Shown here: positions 18,635 through 28,274 of the stretch, in pieces
Layout of the letters: the number at the start of each line of letters is the position of its first letter
How positions within the stretch are numbered: position 1 is the first letter of the stretch
Assembly: GCA_038207335.1 (NCBI GenBank)
Contig: JBBQZX010000014.1
Location: 32,001 to 96,000 of the forward strand
Source of the DNA: Chthoniobacterales bacterium
GTDB taxonomy: Bacteria > Verrucomicrobiota > Verrucomicrobiia > Chthoniobacterales > Chthoniobacteraceae
Reading direction: 5' to 3'
Length of the DNA: 64,000 nt
Notes under the pieces: model-generated
Database searches by the model: none
The model's input: the letters and a program-made list of their open reading frames with translations, nothing else
What the model was told of the DNA's origin: nothing
Made by a program: the position numbers and the translations under genes

Positions 18635-20987
18635 GACGCTCCTGCGCATCGGGATCGCCGTCGCGCTGCTCGCGTTCACGGTCGCCGGGCTCTCGCGCAT
18701 CAGCTTCAATATCGAGATTCTCAAGCTGCTCCCGGCCAATCTCCGGCAGGTCGAGGGGCTCTCGCTTTTTCTCAAAAACTTCGCGCTGCCGAACGAGTTG
18801 ATCGTCACCATCGAGTCGCCCGACAGTGACGCGGCGGAAGCCGCCGCCGACGAACTCGCGGCCCATCTCACCGAGCACGGTGATCTCGTGAAGCGCGCCG
18901 TCGCGCGCCCGCCGTGGGAAAAGAAGCCGGCAGAACTCGCAGCGTTTCTCGCGTATCTCGTCCTCAATCAGCCGCCGGACAAAGTGAGCGAAATGCTCGC
19001 CGGCATCGCGCCGGATCACACCGCCGCGACGCTCCACGCGAGCCTCGAAAAGCTCACCGATTCCGTCTCGCCGCAGGAGATCGCGCTACTGAGCTACGAC
19101 CCGTTTGGCTTCGGCGCGCCGCTCGCGCAGAGCGGACTTTTTTCCGGCGAGCAGCAGTCCGAATTCGCCTCCGCCGACGGCACATTCCGCGTGCTCTACG
19201 TCGAGTCCGCGAAGCCGCTCACGAACTACAAACAGACGATCGCGTGGACGAACGAGATCAAGCGCGTCGCGCGCGACTGGAGTGCGGGGCGCGCCGTCAC
19301 GCTCGGCTTCACCGGCGAACCGGGTTTCGTCGCGGACATCTCGAGCACGATGGAGTGGGACATGGCGTCCTCAGGCATCTGCACGTTCATCATCGTCGGC
19401 GCGATTTTTCTCCTCTGCTACCGCCGCGTGAAGCCGCTCGTGCAGCTCCAGGGCGTCATCACGATCGTCTTCTTTCTCTCGCTCGGCGCGGCGGGGCTTT
19501 TCCTGCGCCAGCTCACGGTGATCGGCGTCGGATTCGCCTCGATCATGATCGGCCTCAGCGTCGATTACGGGTACTTCATCTACCAGAAGTCGCTCACGCA
19601 CACCGGCTCCGTGCGCGACCTCCAGCGCATCTGTTTTCAAAATATCGTCTGGACCGCGGGCACCACCGCCGCCGCGTTTTTCGCATTGAATATGAGCAGC
19701 CTGCCGGGCCTCTCACAGCTCGGGAATCTCGTGGCCATCGGCGTTCTCGTCGGCGCGGGCGTAATGCTCACGGTCTTCGTGCCGCTCGCTGTGCGGCTGA
19801 AAAAAGTCGAGCCGCGCCCGTCGATCATCGAGCGGTGGATCGCCTCGCCGAGTGTGATGAATGCCGGCGCATGTGCGACACTCGCGCTGTTCGCCCTGCT
19901 CGCCGGCACGCTCATTTTCAAAGGCTCTCCCGCCGTCGATTTCTCCGCACGCTCGCTGCGCCCGCGCCACAGCGACGCCTACGACGCACTCGACCGCCTG
20001 CAGGCGAAACTCATCGACGACAGCGACCTCCTGAGCCTCGTCGTCAGCGGCGACACCGAAGCCCAAGTGCTTGATCGTCTCCGCGCCGCCGAAGCGAAAT
20101 TTGAAGCCGCAAAAGCGCGCGGACTGCTCATGAATTTCCGCACCGCGCTGCCGCTCTGGGCCGTGCCTGAGAATCAGCGCGCAAACCTCCCTCGCCTCGC
20201 TGCGCTCGCATCCGATGCGCCCCGCATGAAGCAGGCGATGCTCGATGCCGGCTTCACCGAAGAGTCGTTCGCGCTCACCGGTGCGGTGCTCGCGGACTGG
20301 GCGGCATCGGCCGCGAAGCCGCTTCCCATCTGGCCCGCGAACGACACGAGCCAGTGGATTTTTCGCCGCATGGTGAGGCATGAAAACGGGCAATTCCTCG
20401 CGCTCGGAATCGTCCACCCCGAGCCGCAAAAAGCCACGCAACTCGCCGAAGAAATCGAGGCGCCCGGCGTGCATCTCGTGAGCTGGAATCTGCTCGGCAG
20501 CGAGCTCCAGCGCGTCATCCCGCGGGAATTCCTCCACACGTTTCTCGCTCTCATCGGCATCGTCTTTTTCCTCCTCCTCATCGGCTTCCGCGGCGTACGC
20601 GATGTGCTGCTGCTCGCGCTCACGATGGCACTCGTCTTCGTGTCGCTCGCGGGCGCGATGACGCTCCTCGGCATGTCGTGGAATTTCTTCAACCTCGCCG
20701 CGATCCTCCTGCTGCTCGGCACCGGCATCGACTACAGCATCCTGCTCATCCTCGCGCTGCGCGAAAATCGCGGCGACCTCGCCGACGCGCAGCGCCAGCT
20801 CGGCCTCGTCATCGCGCTCTGCGCCGCCGCAGCCGCCGCGGGATTCGGCTCGATAAGTTGGGCAAATAATCTCGGCCTCGCGAGCCTCGGAAAAACGTGC
20901 GCGCTCGGCCTCGTGCTCGACGCGCTCATCTCCATTTTCCTCCTGCCCCGCGCGTGGAAACTTTTCCATCCCCGCGCCGCTCCGTGA
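18624..20987 (+). CDS. MMPL/RND family lipid exporter 1
   Basis: Two hydrophobic TM bundles with GLSVDYG and GTGIDYS motifs; overlaps the LolA gene by 11 nt. Confidence 0.88.
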   Translation: MRNKTLLRIGIAVALLAFTVAGLSRISFNIEILKLLPANLRQVEGLSLFLKNFALPNELIVTIESPDSDAAEAAADELAAHLTEHGDLVKRAVARPPWEKKPAELAAFLAYLVLNQPPDKVSEMLAGIAPDHTAATLHASLEKLTDSVSPQEIALLSYDPFGFGAPLAQSGLFSGEQQSEFASADGTFRVLYVESAKPLTNYKQTIAWTNEIKRVARDWSAGRAVTLGFTGEPGFVADISSTMEWDMASSGICTFIIVGAIFLLCYRRVKPLVQLQGVITIVFFLSLGAAGLFLRQLTVIGVGFASIMIGLSVDYGYFIYQKSLTHTGSVRDLQRICFQNIVWTAGTTAAAFFALNMSSLPGLSQLGNLVAIGVLVGAGVMLTVFVPLAVRLKKVEPRPSIIERWIASPSVMNAGACATLALFALLAGTLIFKGSPAVDFSARSLRPRHSDAYDALDRLQAKLIDDSDLLSLVVSGDTEAQVLDRLRAAEAKFEAAKARGLLMNFRTALPLWAVPENQRANLPRLAALASDAPRMKQAMLDAGFTEESFALTGAVLADWAASAAKPLPIWPANDTSQWIFRRMVRHENGQFLALGIVHPEPQKATQLAEEIEAPGVHLVSWNLLGSELQRVIPREFLHTFLALIGIVFFLLLIGFRGVRDVLLLALTMALVFVSLAGAMTLLGMSWNFFNLAAILLLLGTGIDYSILLILALRENRGDLADAQRQLGLVIALCAAAAAAGFGSISWANNLGLASLGKTCALGLVLDALISIFLLPRAWKLFHPRAAP

Positions 20988-22021
20988 CTTTCCCCGAACT
21001 CCTCGCGCATCCCACGCCGCTGCTCGCGCTCGCGCCGATGCAGGACGTGACCGACCTCCCGTTCTGGCGGCTCATGCGCGAGTTCGGCGGCGCGGACGTT
21101 TACTTCACGGAATATTTCCGAGTCCACCGCGACTCACGGCTCGAGAAATGGATCCTCGAATCGATCACGCAAAATCCGACCGGACGCCCCGTCGTCGCGC
21201 AAATGATCGGCAACGACATCCCCTCGCTCGTCCGCACCGCACGCGAGCTGCAGCAGCACGACATCGCCGCCGTCGATCTGAATCTCGGATGCCCTGCGCC
21301 GATTGTTTATAAAAAGTGTGCGGGCGGCGGTCTGCTGCGCGATTTGCCGCGCATCGACTCCATCCTCGGCGCGCTCCGCGATGCCGTGCGCTGCGCCTTC
21401 ACCGTGAAGACCCGCATCGGCTTCGACGACCCCGCGATCTTCGACGAGCTGCTCCCGATTTTTGCAAAACACTCGCTCGACCTGCTGACCGTCCACGGTC
21501 GCACGGTCGCGGAGGGCTACAGGAGCGAGGTGCATTACGACGCCATCGCGCGCGCCGTGAGCGCCGTCCCCTGCCCCGTCCTGGCAAATGGAAACATCCA
21601 CTCCGCGGAGAAAGCCGCCGAGGTGCTCGCGATCACCGGCGCTCGCGGACTCATGATCGGACGCGGGGCGATTCGCAACCCGTGGCTCTTCCGCCAAATC
21701 CGCGAACGCGGGCGAGATGAGCAGCTCTTCGTCCCGCGCGGACGCGACCTGCTGGCCTACATCCACGCGCTTTACGAGGCGGTCTGCACGCCCGATGTCG
21801 GCGAGTCGTCGCAGGTGCAGAAGATGAAAAAGTATCTCAATTTCATCGGCCTGGGCGTCGAGCCGACGGGCCAATTCCTCCACGACATCCGCCGCGCCAC
21901 GACCCGTACCGGCTTTTTTGAAACGTGCGAACATTTCCTCGACCACGACGCGCCGATGCCACTCGAGCCCTACCCGCTCCCGCTAAAATCAACCGACGTG
22001 ATGGCGGGCTCGGCGCAGTAA
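20984..22021 (+). CDS. tRNA-dihydrouridine synthase family protein
   Basis: LAPMQDVTD, DLNLGCP, TVKTRIG, VHGRT, ANGNI, MIGRGA..NPWLF; GTG start overlaps the MMPL stop. Confidence 0.93.
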   Translation: MTFPELLAHPTPLLALAPMQDVTDLPFWRLMREFGGADVYFTEYFRVHRDSRLEKWILESITQNPTGRPVVAQMIGNDIPSLVRTARELQQHDIAAVDLNLGCPAPIVYKKCAGGGLLRDLPRIDSILGALRDAVRCAFTVKTRIGFDDPAIFDELLPIFAKHSLDLLTVHGRTVAEGYRSEVHYDAIARAVSAVPCPVLANGNIHSAEKAAEVLAITGARGLMIGRGAIRNPWLFRQIRERGRDEQLFVPRGRDLLAYIHALYEAVCTPDVGESSQVQKMKKYLNFIGLGVEPTGQFLHDIRRATTRTGFFETCEHFLDHDAPMPLEPYPLPLKSTDVMAGSAQ

Positions 22022-22113
22022 TCCAACAGAAGCGCGCAAGCGCGAATGGAGGGCATCACGCCATGAATGCCGCCCCACCGGCACCGACGGCGCGGTGCCC
22101 TCCATGCGAAGCG

Positions 22114-22791
22114 CTACGCCACCGCGGTCGTCCGGCCGGTGCGCTTTTTTGCGAGGAGCGAGAGCGCGCTGTGGTGCGTTGCTGCGGCTTCGGCGGGGCC
22201 GGCGATGCTCGTTTCGAGGTCGCGCAGGAAGCCGTCCTGCAGGCCATAAACCCAGCCGTGGACGGTGAGTTCCTGGCCGCGTTCCCATGCGTCCTGCACG
22301 ATCGTCGTCTGGCAGACATTGAGCACGCCCTCGATCGCGTTCAGTTCGCAGAGGCAATCGGCGCGCTCCACCGGATCGATGATTTGCTCGAGCAGGGGCG
22401 CGTATTTTTCCGCGACATCGTGGACGTGCCGAAGCCAATTGTCCGCGAGCCCGATGCGCTGTTTCCTCAACGCCGCGCCGACGCCGCTGCAGCCGAAGTG
22501 CCCGCAGACGATGATGTGTTTCACCTTGATTACATCGACGGCGAACTGAAGCACCGCGAGGCAGTTGAGGTCGGTGTGCACGACGACGTTCGCGATGTTG
22601 CGATGCACGAAAACCTCGCCGGGCTTGAGGCCGGTGATCTGGTTCGCAGGCACGCGGCTGTCGGAGCAGCCGATCCACAGGTACTGCGGCGATTGCTGCT
22701 GCGCGAGTTCGGTGAAAAAGTCAGGATCGCCAGCCTTGATTTTCTCCGCCCACGCGCGGTTTTTGTCGAAAAGATGAGTAAGTGCGGACAT
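22114..22791 (-). CDS. can: Beta-class carbonic anhydrase
   Basis: WIGCSDSRVP, FVHRNIAN, CGHFGCSGV, HGWVY. Confidence 0.95.
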   Translation of the reverse strand: MSALTHLFDKNRAWAEKIKAGDPDFFTELAQQQSPQYLWIGCSDSRVPANQITGLKPGEVFVHRNIANVVVHTDLNCLAVLQFAVDVIKVKHIIVCGHFGCSGVGAALRKQRIGLADNWLRHVHDVAEKYAPLLEQIIDPVERADCLCELNAIEGVLNVCQTTIVQDAWERGQELTVHGWVYGLQDGFLRDLETSIAGPAEAAATHHSALSLLAKKRTGRTTAVA

Positions 22792-22837
22792 CGCGCGCAC
22801 TTCTAACCGAAGGCGCAAAGGCCGCAATTCCGAATCC

Positions 22838-22944
22838 GTTGTAGCCGTGATCGTTGACCCCGGCGGCGGGCGTAAGCCCGCGGGCGCCTTGAAAGAACAT
22901 ATCGCACCGACCGCCACGCCGGGATCAGCGATCCCGGCTACAAC
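22838..22944. repeat. REP doublet (REPIN-like): inverted pair of GTAG-headed palindromes
   Basis: GTAGCCGTGATCGTTGACCCCGG (22841-22863) matches the reverse complement of 22919-22941 (GTAGCCGGGATCGCTGATCCCGG) at 20/23, extended by GTT/AAC. Confidence 0.75.
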
Positions 22945-23302
22945 TCCGGTTTTTCAGCGGGCTTGCTGTTTACGACTTGGCCGAGCATCAGCGTGCGCAC
23001 TTGATTCGTTTTGGTGTCCATCGCCGTCAAAACCGAAACATCCGCAGCTCCTTCTTCCTGGAGCTTCAACTCGAACTTCACGATCTTCAGAGTCGTGGCG
23101 GGGATGACCTCGCCGAATTTGAGAAACACCGTCGACCGGAGCGGATCGCCGGTGTTGATTTGAAAGCTCATCGTCTCCGGCTTTTTCGGGTCGCCGTCGT
23201 AGCTTTAGAAGACGAGTCCATCCGCTTTCCGATGCGGGTCGGTTCGGCAAGTGCCATCAGCGAGAGCGCCAGGACGCCGAGTGAAACGGGGAGCGTTTTC
23301 AC
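22938..23302 (-). pseudogene. Disrupted gene for a small secreted protein
   Basis: GTG 23302 opens signal peptide MKTLPVSLGVLALSLMALA; protein-like text continues in another frame (..DGLVF*SYDGDPKKPETMSFQINT..) with in-frame TAA at 23207-23205. Confidence 0.6.
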
Positions 23303-23331
23303 CTCTTCAGCGGGACGATTCCGCGCGCGTC

Positions 23332-24876
23332 TCAGTTTTTCAGCGCGAGGCGCTGGCCCCAGGGCTGGTTGTAGAGCGCTTTGATTTCGGGGAGCGAGAG
23401 GGGTCGGTTATAGACGCGCACATCGTCGATCATCCCCTCGAAATTCTGCCATGTGCCGTCATCGACCGCGCCGATGGTCATCCACATTTTCTCGGTCGGG
23501 TAGTTGACGGTTTCATCCGTGGTGACTTCGCCGACGAGGTCGCCGTTGACGAAAAGTTTTAGCGCACGGCGTTGAGGTGAGATTCTCTCGATGGTCCCGG
23601 CGACGAAATACCACTGGTTCGGCTCGAGCGTTTTCGGCGACTGCGCGGATACGTGCTGGTTGGGCATCGGCTCGCCTTTTGGTGAGAATTTCAGCTCGTC
23701 AGTGAAGATGGTGAAGCGGGACTTCCCTGTGACGGAGCGGTCGGAACGGAACTCCGCCGTGCCGTCGGGATAGAGGTGCAGCTCCCACGGATCGCGGCCG
23801 AATTGCTGGTCGCCGAACCAAACGATCTGCGAGCCCCAGCGTCCGGCGATGGTGGAATAATTCACCCACGCGGCAATGGTGAGTGTCTCGTGGAGATCGA
23901 GGTCGGGCGAGGGCGCGACGGTGACGCTGTCCCACTTCATGATGCGCGCGGAGGAAGGATTTGGCCGCGTGAGGAGCGACCGGCCGCGGATGCCGGGGAG
24001 CATCCGCGCGCCGCCACGGATTTGCCCGAGATGTCCGTGACCGCTGGCGTCAGCAGCGGTGCCGTCGTCGAAATTCCACCAACCCACGAGCCCGCGCGTC
24101 GCCGGGGCGACGATCTTCGCGTCGGCTGCGGGCGGCACAGCTCCGGGATATTTTCCGCGCTCAGGCGGCGTGATGTTTTTCGCGTCGGGTTCGGGCGCAG
24201 GCACGGGGTGCTTGATCGGATCGATGACGACGTTCGCCCGCTTGGCGACTTTTTGAATTCCTTTCACCAGCGGGTTCTCCGGGCTGAGCGGATCGCCGAG
24301 CACGTCGGCGAGTTTCTTGAGCGCCTCGATATTTGCCTCGCCCTCGGTGACGGCGGGAAAAAGCACGATGCCATACACCTTCACCTCGCCGCTGATCCGG
24401 CGCAGCACGATGCTATCAGCGGTCGGATATTTCCGCAGCGGGATGATGAATGTGTCGGTCGTCGCCTCCTTGCCGACATCGACGAGATTACCGAAAAGAT
24501 CGACCTCCACGACGCGCCCCTGCGCATCGAAAAGCTGCACGGCGATGTCGGCGATGTCGGCGGTGTCGTCCGCGTCGAAGAGGATCGTCGCGACGAGGTC
24601 TTCGTCCATCTTCGAGCGATCGAGCACCACGGCGAGGCGGCCCGCGCCCTTCGGCTCGGTCGCCGGGACGAACCAGCAGTGCGGGTCATCGAAGAATCCG
24701 CCGCCGCGCTGCGTGATCTGCGTGATCCACGCAGGCGCGCCGGCATCCGCGAGGGCGGTGGGTTTTTCCATCTGCTTGTCAAAGCTCAGTTCCGCGACCT
24801 CGGGCTCCACGCCCCATGCCGCTGCGCTAAAAATCGCACAGACCAACAGACCGACCGCCGAGGGGAATAGCCGCAT
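23332..24876 (-). CDS. Secreted protein with a C-terminal LamG/concanavalin A-like domain
   Basis: Signal peptide; GLVGWWNFDDG..ADASG, LTIAAWV, WYFVAGT, FEGMIDDVRVYNRPLS. Confidence 0.85.
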   Translation of the reverse strand: MRLFPSAVGLLVCAIFSAAAWGVEPEVAELSFDKQMEKPTALADAGAPAWITQITQRGGGFFDDPHCWFVPATEPKGAGRLAVVLDRSKMDEDLVATILFDADDTADIADIAVQLFDAQGRVVEVDLFGNLVDVGKEATTDTFIIPLRKYPTADSIVLRRISGEVKVYGIVLFPAVTEGEANIEALKKLADVLGDPLSPENPLVKGIQKVAKRANVVIDPIKHPVPAPEPDAKNITPPERGKYPGAVPPAADAKIVAPATRGLVGWWNFDDGTAADASGHGHLGQIRGGARMLPGIRGRSLLTRPNPSSARIMKWDSVTVAPSPDLDLHETLTIAAWVNYSTIAGRWGSQIVWFGDQQFGRDPWELHLYPDGTAEFRSDRSVTGKSRFTIFTDELKFSPKGEPMPNQHVSAQSPKTLEPNQWYFVAGTIERISPQRRALKLFVNGDLVGEVTTDETVNYPTEKMWMTIGAVDDGTWQNFEGMIDDVRVYNRPLSLPEIKALYNQPWGQRLALKN

Positions 24877-24996
24877 AGACCACGATTGGAAACCGCTCCG
24901 GCGGCGCGGGCAAATTATTTTGCATCGCGGCGCGATCTTGCGCGGTGGAACCCGACCATCGCTCACGATGAGAACTTGAGGGTGCTACCCCAGTTC

Positions 24997-25671
24997 CTAG
25001 CTCTCGCACGTCGGCACATTGCCGATGGCATTGGAGAGCGTGGAACGTCGAAAAAGAAGGAGATGACTGTTGAATGGGGTGCGGGCCCAGAGGGGGCGCA
25101 CTTCGATCTCGAAGGCGCGATCTTCAAACGGTGCGGCAATCTCCGCGACCGTGGGAAAATGACGCACGCCGGACTTCATCCACGAGATGGCGCGGATGAA
25201 AAATTCCTCGAGCTGGGTGATACGGAAACGCAATGAGTTGCCGCGCGGGCATTCGCGGATGACGCAAAGACCGCCGGGCGGGATGCGATTGACGACAGCT
25301 TCAAGGAGGGCTCTCTGGGCGGGCGCATCGAGGTAGTGCAGCACGTCGATGATCGCGATATTTCCCGAGAAGTCCGGCAGGCACACTGCGTCGGATTTTT
25401 CAAAATGAAGGTCGTCTCCGACTCCCGCGGCACGCCGCGCTTGCGCTATTTTTCGCTCGTCGAAGTCGATGCCGTGGATCGGTTGGGTGTATCCATTTTC
25501 GCGGAGAAAAAGTCCGAGGAGGCCGATGCCGCAGCCGATGTCGAGGAGCGGGAGCGGCGACCCCGAGAGCAGCTTGGCGACGGTGGCGTAGATCGGGTCG
25601 CTTCGGAGTTTGCCGCGGACGTAACCGCGCATCCAGCGGCCCTCGAACCGCTGCGCGATCCGCTCGATCAT
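24997..25671 (-). CDS. Class I SAM-dependent methyltransferase
   Basis: LLDIGCGIG, GIDFD, IDVLHYL, PGGLCVIRE; ATG overlaps the upstream stop (ATGA). Confidence 0.9.
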   Translation of the reverse strand: MIERIAQRFEGRWMRGYVRGKLRSDPIYATVAKLLSGSPLPLLDIGCGIGLLGLFLRENGYTQPIHGIDFDERKIAQARRAAGVGDDLHFEKSDAVCLPDFSGNIAIIDVLHYLDAPAQRALLEAVVNRIPPGGLCVIRECPRGNSLRFRITQLEEFFIRAISWMKSGVRHFPTVAEIAAPFEDRAFEIEVRPLWARTPFNSHLLLFRRSTLSNAIGNVPTCES

Positions 25672-26912
25672 TTGATCGCGAGGTCGGCGGGGTCGAAGCC
25701 CTTGATCATGTGCTGCGACATGAAGCGGACGACGCCCCGCGCATAGCCGGAACTGGTGGTGGCACCGGATGCCATGCAGGCGATGTGCGTCTCGATGTGG
25801 CGGTGCAGGAAGCGCGTGAGGGGGATGTCGTACTTCTGACCCATCGCGCGGCCGGTGTGATACATCGCGAACATGCGGCCGTCGTAGTAGTAGCCGATGA
25901 GTTCCATCCACGCGGCGATGTGGCTGCGCATCTGGCGCTCGTATGCGGGGAGATCGTGGAGATGAGTGACGAGGAGTTCGGCGGAGTGGAGCGCGAGCCA
26001 GAGGCCGGGGGAGAGCATGGGGTCCACAAAGCCGAATGCGTCGCCGATCAAGGCCCATCCTTGGCCGCAGGCGCGCTCGGAGATGAGCTGGTAATTTGCG
26101 TAGGTCTCGACGCTGGAAATGCGGCGGCGGTTTGCGCCTGCGCGCGAGAGGGCGGGGTCTTGCGCGATGACGGCGGCGAGGCGCTCCTCGGGCGTAGCGC
26201 CGAGTTGCGCGGCGTCCTCTTTTCCCATGACGACTCCGATGGAGACGCAGTCGCGGAGTGGGATGCGCCAAGCCCAGCCGCCGGTGGCGAGGCGGTAAAT
26301 GACGACCTGACCGCGTGGCTCTTCCTGCGCGAAGCCCTCGTAGTGGGCGAAGTAGGAAACGTCGCGGCGTGGGCCGATTTGCGACGGGATTTCGAGGAGA
26401 CGCGAGAAGAGGCGGCTGCGCCCGGTGGCATCGACAATGAGGTCGGGCTGGCGTCCGCCGAACTGCAGCGCGAGCGCGAGAGAATCGGCGCTGAGCCGGA
26501 GGCGGTCGGCGTCACGCTCGAGCTGGGCGCGGGCGGGGATGAAACTCGCGCCGAGCTCCGCCGCGCGCGTCTCGAGGATGCGGTCGAAGGCGGGGCGCGG
26601 GACGTTGTAGGCGAACGTCGGCAGGGCGCAGCGCTTCACGGACTCGAAGCGGAAGTCGATCTGATCGTCCTCGCTCATCACGAACGTGACGCCGGGCTTG
26701 TGAAGGCCGACGGCCGCGACGCGATCCTCGATGCCGAGCTTTCTTAGGACGGGCAAAATCGCGGGGATCAGCGACTCGCCGACGAGCAGATCGGGGCGCT
26801 TTCCATCGTCGAAAACGACGACGCTCTTGCCCTGCACGGCCAGCAGCGAAGCGAGCGTGGAGCCGGATGGGCCGCCGCCGACGATCGCGATATTTTGGAT
26901 GTGCTTGCTCAT
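25668..26912 (-). CDS. Flavin-dependent halogenase-like oxidoreductase 2
   Basis: VGGGPSG, VGESLIP, LHKPGVTF, VPRPAFD, DATGR, WAWRIPL, GDAFGFVDPMLSPG. Confidence 0.85.
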   Translation of the reverse strand: MSKHIQNIAIVGGGPSGSTLASLLAVQGKSVVVFDDGKRPDLLVGESLIPAILPVLRKLGIEDRVAAVGLHKPGVTFVMSEDDQIDFRFESVKRCALPTFAYNVPRPAFDRILETRAAELGASFIPARAQLERDADRLRLSADSLALALQFGGRQPDLIVDATGRSRLFSRLLEIPSQIGPRRDVSYFAHYEGFAQEEPRGQVVIYRLATGGWAWRIPLRDCVSIGVVMGKEDAAQLGATPEERLAAVIAQDPALSRAGANRRRISSVETYANYQLISERACGQGWALIGDAFGFVDPMLSPGLWLALHSAELLVTHLHDLPAYERQMRSHIAAWMELIGYYYDGRMFAMYHTGRAMGQKYDIPLTRFLHRHIETHIACMASGATTSSGYARGVVRFMSQHMIKGFDPADLAIK

Positions 26913-26936
26913 TTCAAAAGTAGGCGCCTGCCAGGT

Positions 26937-28274
26937 TCATCGCTTCACTTTGCCGCTCGGAGTGAGCGGCAGGCTCGCGACAAACGTGAAATCGACGGGG
27001 ACTTTGTAGCGTGAGAGCGATGTCCGGCAATGCGCCGCGAGGGCGGAGATGGCAGGCGGATTCGCGTGGTCGAAGGGCACGATTTCGGCGACAGGCACAG
27101 CACCGACGCGCGGATGCGGCTTGCCGGAGACGCGCGCGAGCCGCACGCCAGGCACGGCGCAAAGGACCGCTTCGATTTCCTCGGGAAAGCATTTGAGGCC
27201 GGCGACATTGATGACGGAGTGGGAGCGACCTTCGAGGAAGACGTCGCCGTCAGAGTCGACGCGTCCCAGGTCGCCGGTGCGAAACCAACCGTCGTGGAGG
27301 ATGTCACCACGCGTGCGCCACGGGCTGAGATACGCGTCGAGCATTCCCGGTCCGCGAAGAAAGATTTCACCATCGCGCACCTCGCAAACGTAGTCTGGAA
27401 GCGGTTTTCCGACCGATGCCGGTTTCTCGCGCGGGGCTTTGAGATTGAGCAGAGGCAGGCCGACTTCGATGACACCCAGCCCCTGCGAGAGCGGGATGCC
27501 AAAGCGCCTTTCAAACGCCTCAGCCGTGACGAGAGGGAGCGTCGCGGCGGTGGATACAGCCAGCCGGAGCGTGGGCCACGGAAGGCCCGATGTCTCTGCT
27601 GCGAGCAACGCGTGATGAAACGGCGCACCGTAAAGCACTGTGCCACCGTGCGCGCGGGCGGCCGCAAGCACGTCCTCGGCGAGGTGCGAGGTGACGATCA
27701 CCGTGGCCGCACCGCTCAGCAGATATAGCATGATCGAGACCGCGAAATGATGGGCCATCGGTAGAATCCAGACGACGCGATCTTGCGGCGAAATCTGGAG
27801 GCCACGATTGGCCGCGGTGATGCGCTCGATGAGCCGTTCGTGAGAAAGCACGATGCCTTTGCTTCGACCCGTGGTGCCGGAGCTAAAGCGGATGAACGCG
27901 GGATTGATCGCCGCGAGATCTGCCTCGGCAAATGAAAGGACCGCAGGGATGGAGATTTCTCGGACGGCGCCCGAGCCATCGACGATCGCGCCTATTCCCG
28001 TCTCGGCGATTAGGCGCGCGCGCTCAGGTGGAGCGAGTTCGCTGGCGATCGGGACGAGACATTTTCCGGCGCGCACGATGGCGAGCGCGAGCACGACATG
28101 GGCGATGCCGTTTGGGCAATCGAGCCCGACTCGCGCGCAATTCAGCGCCGCAATCGGTCGCGCGGCAACCTCGGCCATTTCAATCAGTCGGCCGTAAGAG
28201 ACCTCTGCGCCATCCGCGATGAGCGCGATGGCCGAGCGATCCGCGCTGCGGAAAATCTCATCGACGATGTTCAT
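26937..28274 (-). CDS. Class I adenylate-forming enzyme (acyl-CoA/acyl-ACP ligase-like)
   Basis: FSSGTTGRSKG, GWFRTGDLG, GR...VINVAG.K.FPEEIE, LPLTPSGKV; ATG overlaps the upstream stop. Confidence 0.9.
   Translation of the reverse strand: MNIVDEIFRSADRSAIALIADGAEVSYGRLIEMAEVAARPIAALNCARVGLDCPNGIAHVVLALAIVRAGKCLVPIASELAPPERARLIAETGIGAIVDGSGAVREISIPAVLSFAEADLAAINPAFIRFSSGTTGRSKGIVLSHERLIERITAANRGLQISPQDRVVWILPMAHHFAVSIMLYLLSGAATVIVTSHLAEDVLAAARAHGGTVLYGAPFHHALLAAETSGLPWPTLRLAVSTAATLPLVTAEAFERRFGIPLSQGLGVIEVGLPLLNLKAPREKPASVGKPLPDYVCEVRDGEIFLRGPGMLDAYLSPWRTRGDILHDGWFRTGDLGRVDSDGDVFLEGRSHSVINVAGLKCFPEEIEAVLCAVPGVRLARVSGKPHPRVGAVPVAEIVPFDHANPPAISALAAHCRTSLSRYKVPVDFTFVASLPLTPSGKVKR

Noticed and set aside
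24541..24562. 9-bp tandem duplication encoding ADIADIA in the LamG protein
   Set aside because: Only two copies and in frame; trivial slippage
20984..24876. Dus, carbonic anhydrase and LamG genes as members of the biosynthetic system
   Set aside because: Ordinary housekeeping or unrelated families; Dus is coupled to MMPL1, but no functional link can be supported from sequence alone
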